From a virus (lineage: Duplodnaviria > Heunggongvirae > Uroviricota > Caudoviricetes): a DNA stretch of 64,000 nt. Position numbers and translations under genes: made by a program. The notes under the pieces were generated by a model, which was not told where the DNA came from, did not search any database, and saw only the letters and a list, made by a program, of their open reading frames with translations. Where the stretch lies: IMG/VR virus record IMGVR_UViG_3300025896_000021; one strand, written 5' to 3'. Below, piece by piece: positions 9,143-18,666 of this stretch. Numbering within the stretch: position 1 is the stretch's first letter; the number at the start of each line of letters is the position of its first letter.

Positions 9143-10255
9143 ATGGCCATTGTACAAATCTCAAAAATCCAACACAGAACAGGAGCAAACACTGATTTGC
9201 CTCAGCTTGACATTGGTGAAATCGGTTTTTCAACTGATACTCAGCAAGTTTTCATTGGAAATGATCCGGTATTAGTTCCGATAGACTCAAACATCAGTCC
9301 TACAACACAGACTGAATTGTTGACGGAGGTATCGTCAATAAATAGTCGGGTGACATATGGATCTGAATCAAAAATTCATGCACCGATCGCAGGAGCAGCA
9401 AATACAGTATTCAATCTAACTAATATTCGCACCGGACAGCTTATCATCGGCAACGGCGACGGAATCGCAGCCAATGCATTAGTTAACTGGACTGGTAACT
9501 TAATAGGAAATGGTATTGATCACGATACTAACAGACTTAAGTTAGGTGGTGTTGCTAATATTATGATAACCGGGGGAACAAGTGGCGGAGTACTGACAAC
9601 TGATGGTACTGGACATTTATCTTGGCAAATAGTTTCAAGTTCAGGAGGTGGTTTGCCACTACAAACTGGGGCAACTGGAAAATTCTTAACTACTAACGGA
9701 ACGATAGCTAGCTGGAGCAATACATTACCTAGTTGGGGAATCGCTAATGTGCGTAGTAATCTAAGTGTTACGTCCACCGGTGATAGTTCATTAGCATACA
9801 ACAATACAACTGGGGCGTTTACTTACACCGGGTCTAACGCTACCCAAGTTCGTAGCTACTTTTCATCTGGAACTGGTGTAACATATGCTGCTAACGGGCA
9901 GATTAGCATTGGGCAGAATATCTCAACTACATCTAGTGTTGTTTTTGATGGAATCACTGGTACATCATTAACGCTAAACACACTATCAGCTAACGCAGTA
10001 TTGTATACGTCTGCTACGGGCAATGTAGTATCATCGGAGTCTGACTTCACGTATAATGCAACTACTAATACGTTGAATGTAGGTAAACTAGTATCAGTTG
10101 GAGCCATCGAAGTAGGAACATTGTTTAAATCTAACATCACTACTCAGACAGGTACTAGTACTGGTACTCAAGGTCAAATCTGCTGGGATGCTAACTATGT
10201 GTATGTATGTACATCTACTAACGTTTGGAAACGTATTGCATTAACTGCATTCTAA
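9143..10255 (+). CDS. Tail fibre/spike-like protein with Mtd-N-type N-terminal domain
   Basis: 'QHRTG...PQLDIGEIGFSTDTQQVFIG' N-terminus, Thr/Gly/Ser-rich body, 'GQICWDANYVYVC' C-terminus; GATAAATA 9111-9118. Confidence 0.65.
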   Translation: MAIVQISKIQHRTGANTDLPQLDIGEIGFSTDTQQVFIGNDPVLVPIDSNISPTTQTELLTEVSSINSRVTYGSESKIHAPIAGAANTVFNLTNIRTGQLIIGNGDGIAANALVNWTGNLIGNGIDHDTNRLKLGGVANIMITGGTSGGVLTTDGTGHLSWQIVSSSGGGLPLQTGATGKFLTTNGTIASWSNTLPSWGIANVRSNLSVTSTGDSSLAYNNTTGAFTYTGSNATQVRSYFSSGTGVTYAANGQISIGQNISTTSSVVFDGITGTSLTLNTLSANAVLYTSATGNVVSSESDFTYNATTNTLNVGKLVSVGAIEVGTLFKSNITTQTGTSTGTQGQICWDANYVYVCTSTNVWKRIALTAF

Positions 10256-10334
10256 GATAAATACATTGTTCAATTAACTTATGCTGTAGGTCCACAGCGT
10301 AGTCCCTAGAACGGTCATTACAAAGGAAAATCAA

Positions 10335-11282
10335 ATGGCAAGAAGTCTAAACAAAAAATATTTCGGTAACCGCAACATCGGTACCACAGGCGCAACCGAC
10401 AACAAAATCGGCGGCGAAGGTCTAAATGGCTATACATTAGCTGCTCAAAAAGGTAGCTTGGTTGTCAACAATGCATTTGCACAACCTGTATTAACTATCC
10501 CTGCTCCATCATTGCCACGTGGCGTGCAAGCTACTGCTACTGTAGTCTGGGAAGTTGAATCAGTTATTTCAGCAAACGGATTAGCCGGTAATGGTTACGC
10601 TACTGGTGTAACAACACTAACTGGTTTACCTGGCGTTATCGTCAACGTATCAGCAGTTGGCTCAGGTCAAGGTGAAGTTCAAACTATGAACTTTACTGGT
10701 GCAACAAATCGCGGTGAGTTCACTACTATCCCTGTCATTGCTGGTACATATCAAATCGTCGGTGGTGATGGTGAACAACAAGCTACTGTTAAGTTTCGGG
10801 TCAAGTCTATCACTACAGTTGAAAAAGGTTCAGGCTACATTGCTGCTCCTTCAATCACGTGGACAGTGGCATCTAGTTCTGGTACAATGCCAGGCAATCC
10901 TACAGTTGCATTGACAACTGATTCAGGTGATGTTGGTTCAGCTACTAATCAAGAAAACGGTATCTTAGTTTATGCTGATACCACTGACAATGGTTCTAAG
11001 ATTGGTGACATCGTTCGTCAAGTTGGTGCTCGTCGTTTCAAAGTTCGTACAGCAGATGGTGTTGCAGTTTGCGCACTTAAAGGTTCAGCAGTTGCTGCAC
11101 AGGGTGAAATGACTATCACTGCTACTGATAGTGATGGCGGAACATATTTTGTAACAAAGATCACTGCACATAGAGTTAATGTTACTCGTGGTACTGGTAC
11201 ACAGTTTCAATCTGACACCTCAGTTCCATGGTCATTTGCTGCTGCGGTAGAAGGATATTCGCTACAAGTTGCAAACGCTTAA
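10335..11282 (+). CDS. Virion structural protein, probably highly expressed
   Basis: GATAAATA 10256-10263, AAGGA RBS, beta-rich composition, own terminator. Confidence 0.55.
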   Translation: MARSLNKKYFGNRNIGTTGATDNKIGGEGLNGYTLAAQKGSLVVNNAFAQPVLTIPAPSLPRGVQATATVVWEVESVISANGLAGNGYATGVTTLTGLPGVIVNVSAVGSGQGEVQTMNFTGATNRGEFTTIPVIAGTYQIVGGDGEQQATVKFRVKSITTVEKGSGYIAAPSITWTVASSSGTMPGNPTVALTTDSGDVGSATNQENGILVYADTTDNGSKIGDIVRQVGARRFKVRTADGVAVCALKGSAVAAQGEMTITATDSDGGTYFVTKITAHRVNVTRGTGTQFQSDTSVPWSFAAAVEGYSLQVANA

Positions 11283-11300
11283 TACGCTGTCGCACTAAAC

Positions 11301-11328
11301 AAAAAAGCCGCATTAAGCGGCTTTTTTT
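11301..11328. terminator. Bidirectional terminator between convergent genes
   Basis: aaaaaagccgc-atta-agcggcttttttt. Confidence 0.85.
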
Positions 11329-11732
11329 ATGAGTTTGATTATTTTGTCTTTAACTACATCAAAGTTTATAGTATTGAACAATCCCGGATGCATTGGTTTG
11401 GGGTAGTATTCATAGTCGGTCCATGCATACCCACAATGTTCATCGTTTAGTACAGGGATGAATTCACTTTCTACTTTACAAAAGAAAGTGTGATATACGA
11501 AAGTATTGTTGATAAACTTTTGTATGGGAATGAGTTTAGCATTTTCAGGAAAGAATGCAATTTCTTCCATGCACTCTCGTTCAGCACCTTCAAACAGTGT
11601 CTCGTCAACTTCTATTTTACCGCCGGGCAAACCCCAGTTACCCGGGTTCTTAATGTCGTTGCGTAATAAGTATAAAAATCTTTTGGTATCACTTGCGTAG
11701 AAGAAGATACCTGCTGCTATATTGTCTCTCAT
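11313..11732 (-). CDS. NUDIX hydrolase
   Basis: Nudix box 'GGKIEVDETLFEGAERECMEEI'; start moved to MRDNIAAG at 11732 to avoid overlap with the upstream gene. Confidence 0.9.
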   Translation of the reverse strand: MRDNIAAGIFFYASDTKRFLYLLRNDIKNPGNWGLPGGKIEVDETLFEGAERECMEEIAFFPENAKLIPIQKFINNTFVYHTFFCKVESEFIPVLNDEHCGYAWTDYEYYPKPMHPGLFNTINFDVVKDKIIKLIKKAA

Positions 11733-11751
11733 ACTATGATTTATCACAGTA

Positions 11752-13113
11752 TTAGATGACGATAGAATAATCCCCTTGATCATACCATCCTTCAAATGCC
11801 TTAACCCAAACACCATCTGCATACCGATATTGTATTTGACTTGTCAAATTGAGAACATACTGAGTAGTAGTTATGCTGTTACTTTCAAAGCTGACATACC
11901 ATAAGCCCGTGCTGCTTGAGTATTGAATGATATCATTTGCTTTAGCAGTAATTACACCCCATGCTTCTGACGAATCGGAAATATCTTCTACGATCAAGTA
12001 GCGTTGACCATTGACTGCTGTTGGCAAGCCATGGTCCGGTCCTTTGTTTTGGGGATTAATAACACTAGCTACTGGGTTCAGTGTGTTTTGAGGAAGTGTA
12101 TCAGGATCGATATTGAATATTAATAGACGGTCATCCCCTGGATTGAATGTGATAGTACCTACAATCTCTGTGTCCATGAATGGATTCTGTAACCATATCT
12201 GACTAACACCGGGCTTAATTTGTCCATACACACCTAATACCGGAGTCCAGTAAACTTCTGTATCTGGATTCACCGGTACATCAGTTGAACTGTTGCTAGG
12301 AGACAATATATGAGTTGCTGGTAATATCTGTAATGAATTACCGATGAGCAACAGCTTGTAACCATAAGGAGTAATCTTTTGTCTAGTGCCAAGCAATAAA
12401 TGATCATCTTGCATATCAGTTAATGCATTGCCTTGAAAGATACTAGCAATAATCTTATGAATGATACCTAGTTTTCTGACTTTAGCGGGCCCGCTGATCC
12501 AGATAGGCATATAGAACTTCCAACTCATAATGTCAATTGGATTACCACTGCCCTGCGGAATGCTTCTACTACTGAAAGTAAGACCATCTTGATACACTAC
12601 ACTCAAACTTCCCCAATCAATGAAGTTGTCGGTGCTTTGAATTTCAAGCGATGGGTTGAACAGTATGCCGATCTGTTCAATTAATTCTAACTTTTGTTGA
12701 TAGTTAGTCGTCCAAAAGTCTACCGTCACTCGTAATGTATATGGCACTGGCATTACACGTTCAACCGTGAATGCTTGTGCTTGAGTTGGTTCATACTGTT
12801 GAGTATCAACGTTGAATGTGCGTTGTCTCACTGATAGTTTGTCAACGAAGTAAGGATCCTGAGTGCGTCTTTGATCATATTCGAAACCACTCACGTAATA
12901 TGAAATCAACGGAGCACTTGGTAAACTACTAGGGCTGTTGTTAGCAATCTGTGTTTGTGCCATACGACTTGAATCACCGTATTGAATAGGTACACGCAAT
13001 AAGATATCATTACCTGCTGGGTCTTTACCTTTTGTAACTTGCCAGTCACTAAAGATTCTAGCAAACTGTACTAAGAATCTCCGAATCTGATTATCATAAA
13101 AAAACTGTGCCAT
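11752..13113 (-). CDS. 15: Tail sheath stabilizer/completion protein (T4 gp15-like) with C-terminal extension
   Basis: 'QIRRFLVQFARIF', 'RVPIQYG', 'PVPYTL..TVDFWT...ELIEQI..LFNP'. Confidence 0.75.
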   Translation of the reverse strand: MAQFFYDNQIRRFLVQFARIFSDWQVTKGKDPAGNDILLRVPIQYGDSSRMAQTQIANNSPSSLPSAPLISYYVSGFEYDQRRTQDPYFVDKLSVRQRTFNVDTQQYEPTQAQAFTVERVMPVPYTLRVTVDFWTTNYQQKLELIEQIGILFNPSLEIQSTDNFIDWGSLSVVYQDGLTFSSRSIPQGSGNPIDIMSWKFYMPIWISGPAKVRKLGIIHKIIASIFQGNALTDMQDDHLLLGTRQKITPYGYKLLLIGNSLQILPATHILSPSNSSTDVPVNPDTEVYWTPVLGVYGQIKPGVSQIWLQNPFMDTEIVGTITFNPGDDRLLIFNIDPDTLPQNTLNPVASVINPQNKGPDHGLPTAVNGQRYLIVEDISDSSEAWGVITAKANDIIQYSSSTGLWYVSFESNSITTTQYVLNLTSQIQYRYADGVWVKAFEGWYDQGDYSIVI

Positions 13114-13121
13114 TATGTTCC

Positions 13122-14780
13122 TTAATCCACTTGGATTTTAAATATCTGTGATAGTGACTGTTTCTCCGGCATAGTCGTCCCATTAGTCAATACAGTTACA
13201 TTACTGTTGTTGATGAATGATGCTCGTTGAGACTTGTCATTAGCACCGAGGCCGGTGCCAGTACGCACGTTCTCACTAATCTTTACCCATAATTTACTGT
13301 CCCAGCGGAATAGTTGCTGCGGTAAATAGTCTGTACGCAAGAAGTAGTCACCCGTCTTTGGGTTAGATGGGAATTGAATTCCAGTACCAGTGGGCAATCC
13401 GTTTGGCGCGGCAGCAGTGCCGACCATATAACCATCTGTATAGCCAAACCCCCTAGGACTAGTCTTTGCTACAAAGTGATATCTAGGATCACTGTCAGCA
13501 CGATAGTTCATCACATCAGGTATAATCGTTCCTGTAAAATCAGGGCCAGTTGGATCTTGAGTAGGATCGCTGTATGTATTGTCAGTGGTACCATAAGGTC
13601 CGCTGACTGCACTTAATGCTTTTGCAGTTAGTACTAGTTGTCCACCGACAGCACCTGATCCTGTGTCAGTTCTATCAGGCTTAATTTCAGCAACTTTTAA
13701 ACTCATTTGAATAAACTCTGTTAGCTTAGTGTAGTCACCATCAGCCGTCATATCCCAGATGCTTTGTAATGCTGCGGCAGAAATACGAATAACAGGAGCG
13801 GCGTGTTTATAGCCCGGAGTTGTTATTTCAGCTAAGTTACCAGTAGGTAGTTTAGGTGTACCTTTCAGGTAAACGATATTGACCGGTGGTAGAGGAATAT
13901 TAGTCTCTGACATTGGCGCAATATACAATTGAGTTCTATCGTATCCTGATGATGGTAATAGTCTAGCAGCTTCTGCAATTGCAGCATCATTAATTTTGAT
14001 GTTGGTATTGTAGCGACTTAGAATGTCTTTTAAGTTATCAGCCGTATCAAGCTCCCAGTATGTTACATTTGAGCAGGGTATGCCAATTGGTACATCAGTT
14101 TTTGTAACATAGTTTTTGTCACCAAAGCTGACTGTATATCCAGCTGGATACAATGTAGTCTTATCCCAGTCACCCAAGTAGTTGTCTTTGTTCGTGGGTT
14201 GATCAAGAATATTACTGAATTCTTGACTGTCAACAAGTGGTTCACACTTAATACGCCATAAATGAGGGTACCATGTGTTACTAAATCCTTCACTTGCAAA
14301 GTCACCATCAGTTACTTGATAGTACCTGCGTAGTGCAGTTGGAATAGTTTCATTCAATGGATGATAATCTGTTAAATGCGGTAGCTCAAGCACATCGCCT
14401 ACCATCAACTTGCGACCAATCAAGTCAATCATTTCGTTATAGTGAATAGTGATAAAGATAATGTCATTGTTCAGAAACAATCCAAACTGGCTTAAGTCAA
14501 AGTCTAAGTTTTGAATGTTATAGTGACCACGAACTCGGTAGATGTTTGGTTCGTACTTTCTGTCACGGTTCTCTAGGAACAATAAATCTTGTATGTTTGT
14601 AGGATCTAACTTGTCGTATTGCGGTTGAGTAAAATCTGCACTAGGGCCCTGATCCTTGATACCTAAATACTTGTGGATGTACAAATCGGTGCCACCCACA
14701 GTGAATTGCTCTTTGATGATCCGATCAAAGAACTTGAAATCGTTGGATTTTTGGGAACGGTAAAGGCTTAATCTTGGCAT
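13122..14780 (-). CDS. 14: Neck/head-closure protein (T4 gp14-like) with long C-terminal extension
   Basis: 'DLSQFGLFL.ND.IFITIH', 'GDVLELPH'; adjacent to gp15-like gene; GATAAATA minus 14789-14796. Confidence 0.65.
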   Translation of the reverse strand: MPRLSLYRSQKSNDFKFFDRIIKEQFTVGGTDLYIHKYLGIKDQGPSADFTQPQYDKLDPTNIQDLLFLENRDRKYEPNIYRVRGHYNIQNLDFDLSQFGLFLNNDIIFITIHYNEMIDLIGRKLMVGDVLELPHLTDYHPLNETIPTALRRYYQVTDGDFASEGFSNTWYPHLWRIKCEPLVDSQEFSNILDQPTNKDNYLGDWDKTTLYPAGYTVSFGDKNYVTKTDVPIGIPCSNVTYWELDTADNLKDILSRYNTNIKINDAAIAEAARLLPSSGYDRTQLYIAPMSETNIPLPPVNIVYLKGTPKLPTGNLAEITTPGYKHAAPVIRISAAALQSIWDMTADGDYTKLTEFIQMSLKVAEIKPDRTDTGSGAVGGQLVLTAKALSAVSGPYGTTDNTYSDPTQDPTGPDFTGTIIPDVMNYRADSDPRYHFVAKTSPRGFGYTDGYMVGTAAAPNGLPTGTGIQFPSNPKTGDYFLRTDYLPQQLFRWDSKLWVKISENVRTGTGLGANDKSQRASFINNSNVTVLTNGTTMPEKQSLSQIFKIQVD

Positions 14781-14808
14781 AGTACTCTTATTTATCGTTT
14801 TTCAAAGG

Positions 14809-14837
14809 TTGACATTAAATGGTTTTGGGTATATAAT
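14809..14837 (+). promoter_or_regulatory. Perfect sigma70 consensus promoter
   Basis: TTGACA-17bp-TATAAT. Confidence 0.9.
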
Positions 14838-14870
14838 ACATACATAGACAGTTAATTAAAGGGGTTTAAA

Positions 14871-15233
14871 ATGGCACGTAAAACTAAAGCAGAAATGGCA
14901 CTTGAGGCAGCAAACGCCCGGGCAATGGCTGATGCAGAAGCAGAAGCTACATATCTTCCTCGCTTGATGGCAGCATTGGCTCAAGCAACCAATGATAACT
15001 TTGAACTGACCGTTGAGGATAATCTGTTTGTTGCCCGTGACAGAGACAGCAACACCCGCGCCACTTTCGCAATGAGTCCTACTTACACTCGTGAAGCATG
15101 GGAACTGGACAGTCTGGAAAGCTATCTGGCAGAGAAGGAAGCTGCCCGCGTTGAAAGCGAACGCAAGTACCTTGTTAGATTGTCGGCTCTGAACAAGCTC
15201 ACCTCAGAAGAAAAACAACTTTTGAACCTGTAA
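14871..15233 (+). CDS. Hypothetical early protein
   Basis: 120 aa, AAGGGG RBS, downstream of consensus sigma70 promoter, GC-richer codons. Confidence 0.75.
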   Translation: MARKTKAEMALEAANARAMADAEAEATYLPRLMAALAQATNDNFELTVEDNLFVARDRDSNTRATFAMSPTYTREAWELDSLESYLAEKEAARVESERKYLVRLSALNKLTSEEKQLLNL

Positions 15234-15246
15234 GGGAAAACATAGT

Positions 15247-15275
15247 TTGACAAAAAAGTCAGACTATGTTATACT
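15247..15275 (+). promoter_or_regulatory. sigma70-type promoter
   Basis: TTGACA-17bp-TATACT. Confidence 0.85.
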
Positions 15276-15308
15276 ACACACTAAGTAATCGCAACATAGG
15301 AAATAAAA

Positions 15309-16496
15309 ATGGCAACTCGCAAACCCAAACAAACAGAAGACAATTTTGTTAAAGCACTGAATCCAAGGGATGTTGATCAGAAATACATGGGTGATGAACC
15401 CTTCTTTGCCTTGCAGCCTGATACGGAATGTCGTATCTCTACACTAGCCCGAGCATTCACGTGGTACCATCGTTTCTACAACAAGAAAGATGGTCGTGAA
15501 TTGCTAGCCCAATACTGCGAATTCAACAAGCGCACAGAAGAATCCAAGCAGTTGCGCAAAGTGCATGAAAGCGAATTCCTGCTTACATTGTGCTGGCTAG
15601 CTCGTATGACAATGCGTGGATTAGAACTCACTGAGCATGAAAATGCAACATTACAGAATGAAATTAGTCGGTTGGTCAAGTGTCTGACGGAGACAGCAGA
15701 AGTCAAGTCTAGCATGACTAGCATTGCTAAAGAAGAAGTTGCAACGAATCGCCCTAACATTCAGGAAATTCTCAAAGAGAAAGCAAGCGAAGCAGCAGGC
15801 GAACTAGAAGGTTTGTTTGATGAATTCATTGCAGGTGGTGCAAAGCCTAATGCAAAGCTCAAGCCAATGGATGAAGTTGCTAAAAAGAACGTCATGCCAC
15901 AACACATCAGTTTGATTGTTGACGTTTGGAAAAAGAAACTAACAGAATTTGAAGAAGTTCAATCTGGTAAAGACAAACAGGTAGTTGAGGGTTATAGTCA
16001 CTTGACTAAGATTCAGGTTCGTAGTACAATCAAGTTTATCGAATCAGTACTAGGTGACCTGAACAGCTATGTTTCAGTCAAGAAAGCTAGCAAAGCTCCC
16101 CGCGCTCGTAAGCTAGTGCCCGTTGAGAAGATTGTTGCTAAACTGAAATACTTAAAATTGTTCAAGGACGTTGCAAGCAAGCTAGACTTGGTTAGCATTC
16201 ACCCGACGAAGTTACATGGTGCTAGTGAAGCATGGGTCTACGACACTGCAAAGCGTAAACTGCATCACTATATTGCGGATGAGTACAGCAAGACCTTCAC
16301 CGTTAAAGGTAGCACACTGCTAGGATTTGATTCTGCAAAGAGCGAAGTAAAAACACTGCGCAAGCCCGCAGAACAACTTAAAGAAGTTACTGGTAGCAAG
16401 CCCGCTGCACGTAAGTATTTTACAGAAATTAAAGCAGTGTCCACTACACCGAATGGTCGGTTTAATGAAGCAATGCTAATTTTGAAAGCATGGTAA
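15309..16496 (+). CDS. Hypothetical early protein (helical, Lys-rich C-terminus)
   Basis: 395 aa, AGGA RBS; no recognisable catalytic motif. Confidence 0.75.
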   Translation: MATRKPKQTEDNFVKALNPRDVDQKYMGDEPFFALQPDTECRISTLARAFTWYHRFYNKKDGRELLAQYCEFNKRTEESKQLRKVHESEFLLTLCWLARMTMRGLELTEHENATLQNEISRLVKCLTETAEVKSSMTSIAKEEVATNRPNIQEILKEKASEAAGELEGLFDEFIAGGAKPNAKLKPMDEVAKKNVMPQHISLIVDVWKKKLTEFEEVQSGKDKQVVEGYSHLTKIQVRSTIKFIESVLGDLNSYVSVKKASKAPRARKLVPVEKIVAKLKYLKLFKDVASKLDLVSIHPTKLHGASEAWVYDTAKRKLHHYIADEYSKTFTVKGSTLLGFDSAKSEVKTLRKPAEQLKEVTGSKPAARKYFTEIKAVSTTPNGRFNEAMLILKAW

Positions 16497-16678
16497 TGAG
16501 TGCAACAAAAGAACGAATGACAGAGTTAATGGATTTGATTGACAAGTCAATCCAGTTAACTGATAATCAAAATGACATGCTAATGCTAGCATGTGCAATG
16601 ATGCAACGAACTAATGAGATTTTTACTCAAGTTCTAGGTGAAGAAGGAAAAAAATTAATGTATAAGGACATGGTATGA
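16490..16678 (+). CDS. Small hypothetical protein
   Basis: 62 aa, translationally coupled overlaps on both sides. Confidence 0.6.
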   Translation: MVMSATKERMTELMDLIDKSIQLTDNQNDMLMLACAMMQRTNEIFTQVLGEEGKKLMYKDMV

Positions 16679-17109
16679 ATATTGATTTAAACAAATATAA
16701 AGATTTTGTAGAGGCTGTTACAAGCCAAGCAAGCAACGACTTGACAACTTTTATCAATCGACTAGATCAACTAGACGGCAACTTTGATACTGCAACTGAT
16801 ACACACGGGCCTGATATTAATGTCCCTCTGTTAATTACTGCATGTTTCGGTCTAGCAGCAGAAGCAGGTGAGTTTATTGAAGTGCCCAAGAAGATCATCT
16901 TCCAAGGTAAACCGCTTGATGAGGCAGCAGTGTTTCACTTGAAGCGAGAACTCGGTGATGTTATATGGTATTGGATCAATGCTTGCAGAGCATTGAATCT
17001 TGATCCTAATGATGTGATTGATGAAAATGTACGCAAGCTACAAAGCCGCTATCCCGGTGGTTCATTTGACGTACACTATTCTGAGAATCGCAAAGAAGGC
17101 GATATCTAA
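16675..17109 (+). CDS. mazG: MazG-like nucleoside triphosphate pyrophosphohydrolase
   Basis: 'GLAAEAGEFIEVPKK', 'ELGDVIWY', 'ENVRKLQSRYP'. Confidence 0.85.
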   Translation: MNIDLNKYKDFVEAVTSQASNDLTTFINRLDQLDGNFDTATDTHGPDINVPLLITACFGLAAEAGEFIEVPKKIIFQGKPLDEAAVFHLKRELGDVIWYWINACRALNLDPNDVIDENVRKLQSRYPGGSFDVHYSENRKEGDI

Positions 17110-17110
17110 T

Positions 17111-17332
17111 ATGCAACTTTGGAGTGAGGAAGGTCTTTATCTTTTTACACCCGACGAGTATGAACAACTACCTGACGGATGTGAACTTACATGCATTGAT
17201 GGATCAAAAGAAGTCAAGGGCAAAGATTATATTGACATGGATACTAGATTCGGTTACACTGCGTTTGGCGTAAGAGATCCATGGAATCATCCTCTCAAAG
17301 ACTTGTTCTTAATCTTTAAACTTAAAGAATAA
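17111..17332 (+). CDS. Small hypothetical protein
   Basis: Start moved to ATG 17111 (MQLWSEE), just after the mazG stop. Confidence 0.6.
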   Translation: MQLWSEEGLYLFTPDEYEQLPDGCELTCIDGSKEVKGKDYIDMDTRFGYTAFGVRDPWNHPLKDLFLIFKLKE

Positions 17333-17869
17333 TAGTAGGGCTACGGCCCTACTTCCATTATTGGCTTATAGGTAGCACCACCTCGAAGTGTGCCATTAAT
17401 CCGTCCACGACCCGCGATGTGACGGTAGTTAAGATGAATGCCAACATCCTATTTACAGGACTACCCTTCGGGATGCCTTAAATGCCTGCCCTCTGCGCAG
17501 TTCACATTTCCTGTACCTTAATGGTTGAGATAGAGTAATCTACGAGAAGCATTGCCGCGTCAAAGTAATAGCGATAGAGGGCGCGGGCTGGTTAAATCTT
17601 CCTAATGAACAATGATTTAACATACAGCGAATACGGCAAAATCCCTGCACGGGTTAGTGAGACATAGACAATCCTCCACTGTAATTTTTGAATTCATTAT
17701 CGCACCCGTAAGGGCCTCAAGAATGTATACCTTTTTGGCGAGTAGGTATTTATATCTACTCGCCTATGCCTAAGAATATAACTAAATCTTACATGTACCT
17801 GAATAGATAGACCGAACTTAGCTTGCTAAGTGAAGGTAGATGACTTCGGTCATCTCTATAAGATTCTTA
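17333..17869 (+). ncRNA. Candidate structured non-coding RNA (or origin-like element)
   Basis: Largest ORF-free gap in the window; hairpins with cUACGg, GUAA, gCUUGc and cUUCGg loops; long-range helix 17488-17494/17576-17582. Confidence 0.45.
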
Positions 17870-17895
17870 GATAAATATAGTATCTGGAGTAAACA

Positions 17896-18666
17896 ATGGC
17901 AATACAACAATCCCAACAATTAAACGAAATCAAAGAAGAATTATTTAGAAATTTAAGGCTACGTCTGGGTGAGGGTATCATTGATTTAGAACTTGATCCA
18001 GAACACTTTGAAGCTGCATATAGATATGCGGTACAGGTATATCGTCAAAGGGCTCAGAATGCTACGGAAGAAGCGTATACATTAATGACACTTCACGCCC
18101 ATCAAACCGACTATACTTTGCCTAGAGAGTTTATCAATGTGCGTCAGGTATTTCGTAGAACAGTTGGTCTGGAGACAGGGCCTGCAGCTAGTTCATTCGA
18201 TCCATTCTCTAGTGCTATTCTAAACACTTATCTATTGAACTACAACTACGCAGGTGGTTTAGCAATGTACGATATGTATGCAGGATATATTGAGTTAGCT
18301 GCACGTATGTTCGGCGGATATGTCATTTACACCTTCAATAACGTAACCAAAGAAATCAAACTAGTTCGTAACGTCAAAGGTGATGGAGAACAAATTCTTA
18401 TCTGGGCTGACATTCAAAAACCGGAATCAACACTATTACTAGACCCGGGTTCAGGTGTATGGATCGGTGACTGGACACTGAGTCAATTAAAGTATACTAT
18501 GGGTGAGGCACGTGAAAAGTTTGCTAGCATTGCAGGACCGGGTGGCGGCACTAGCTTAAACGGAGCAGCATTAAAGTCAGAAGCAAAAGAGATGCAACTT
18601 ACACTATTGGAAGACTTGAAACGATATGTTGATTACAGTCAGCCGCTAACATGGGTGCAAGGCTAA
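17896..18666 (+). CDS. 13: Neck/head-tail adaptor protein (T4 gp13-like)
   Basis: 'RLRLGEGIIDLEL', 'YTLP..FINVRQVF', 'QLKYTMGEAREKF..GPGG..LNG'; GATAAATA 17870-17877. Confidence 0.75.
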   Translation: MAIQQSQQLNEIKEELFRNLRLRLGEGIIDLELDPEHFEAAYRYAVQVYRQRAQNATEEAYTLMTLHAHQTDYTLPREFINVRQVFRRTVGLETGPAASSFDPFSSAILNTYLLNYNYAGGLAMYDMYAGYIELAARMFGGYVIYTFNNVTKEIKLVRNVKGDGEQILIWADIQKPESTLLLDPGSGVWIGDWTLSQLKYTMGEAREKFASIAGPGGGTSLNGAALKSEAKEMQLTLLEDLKRYVDYSQPLTWVQG

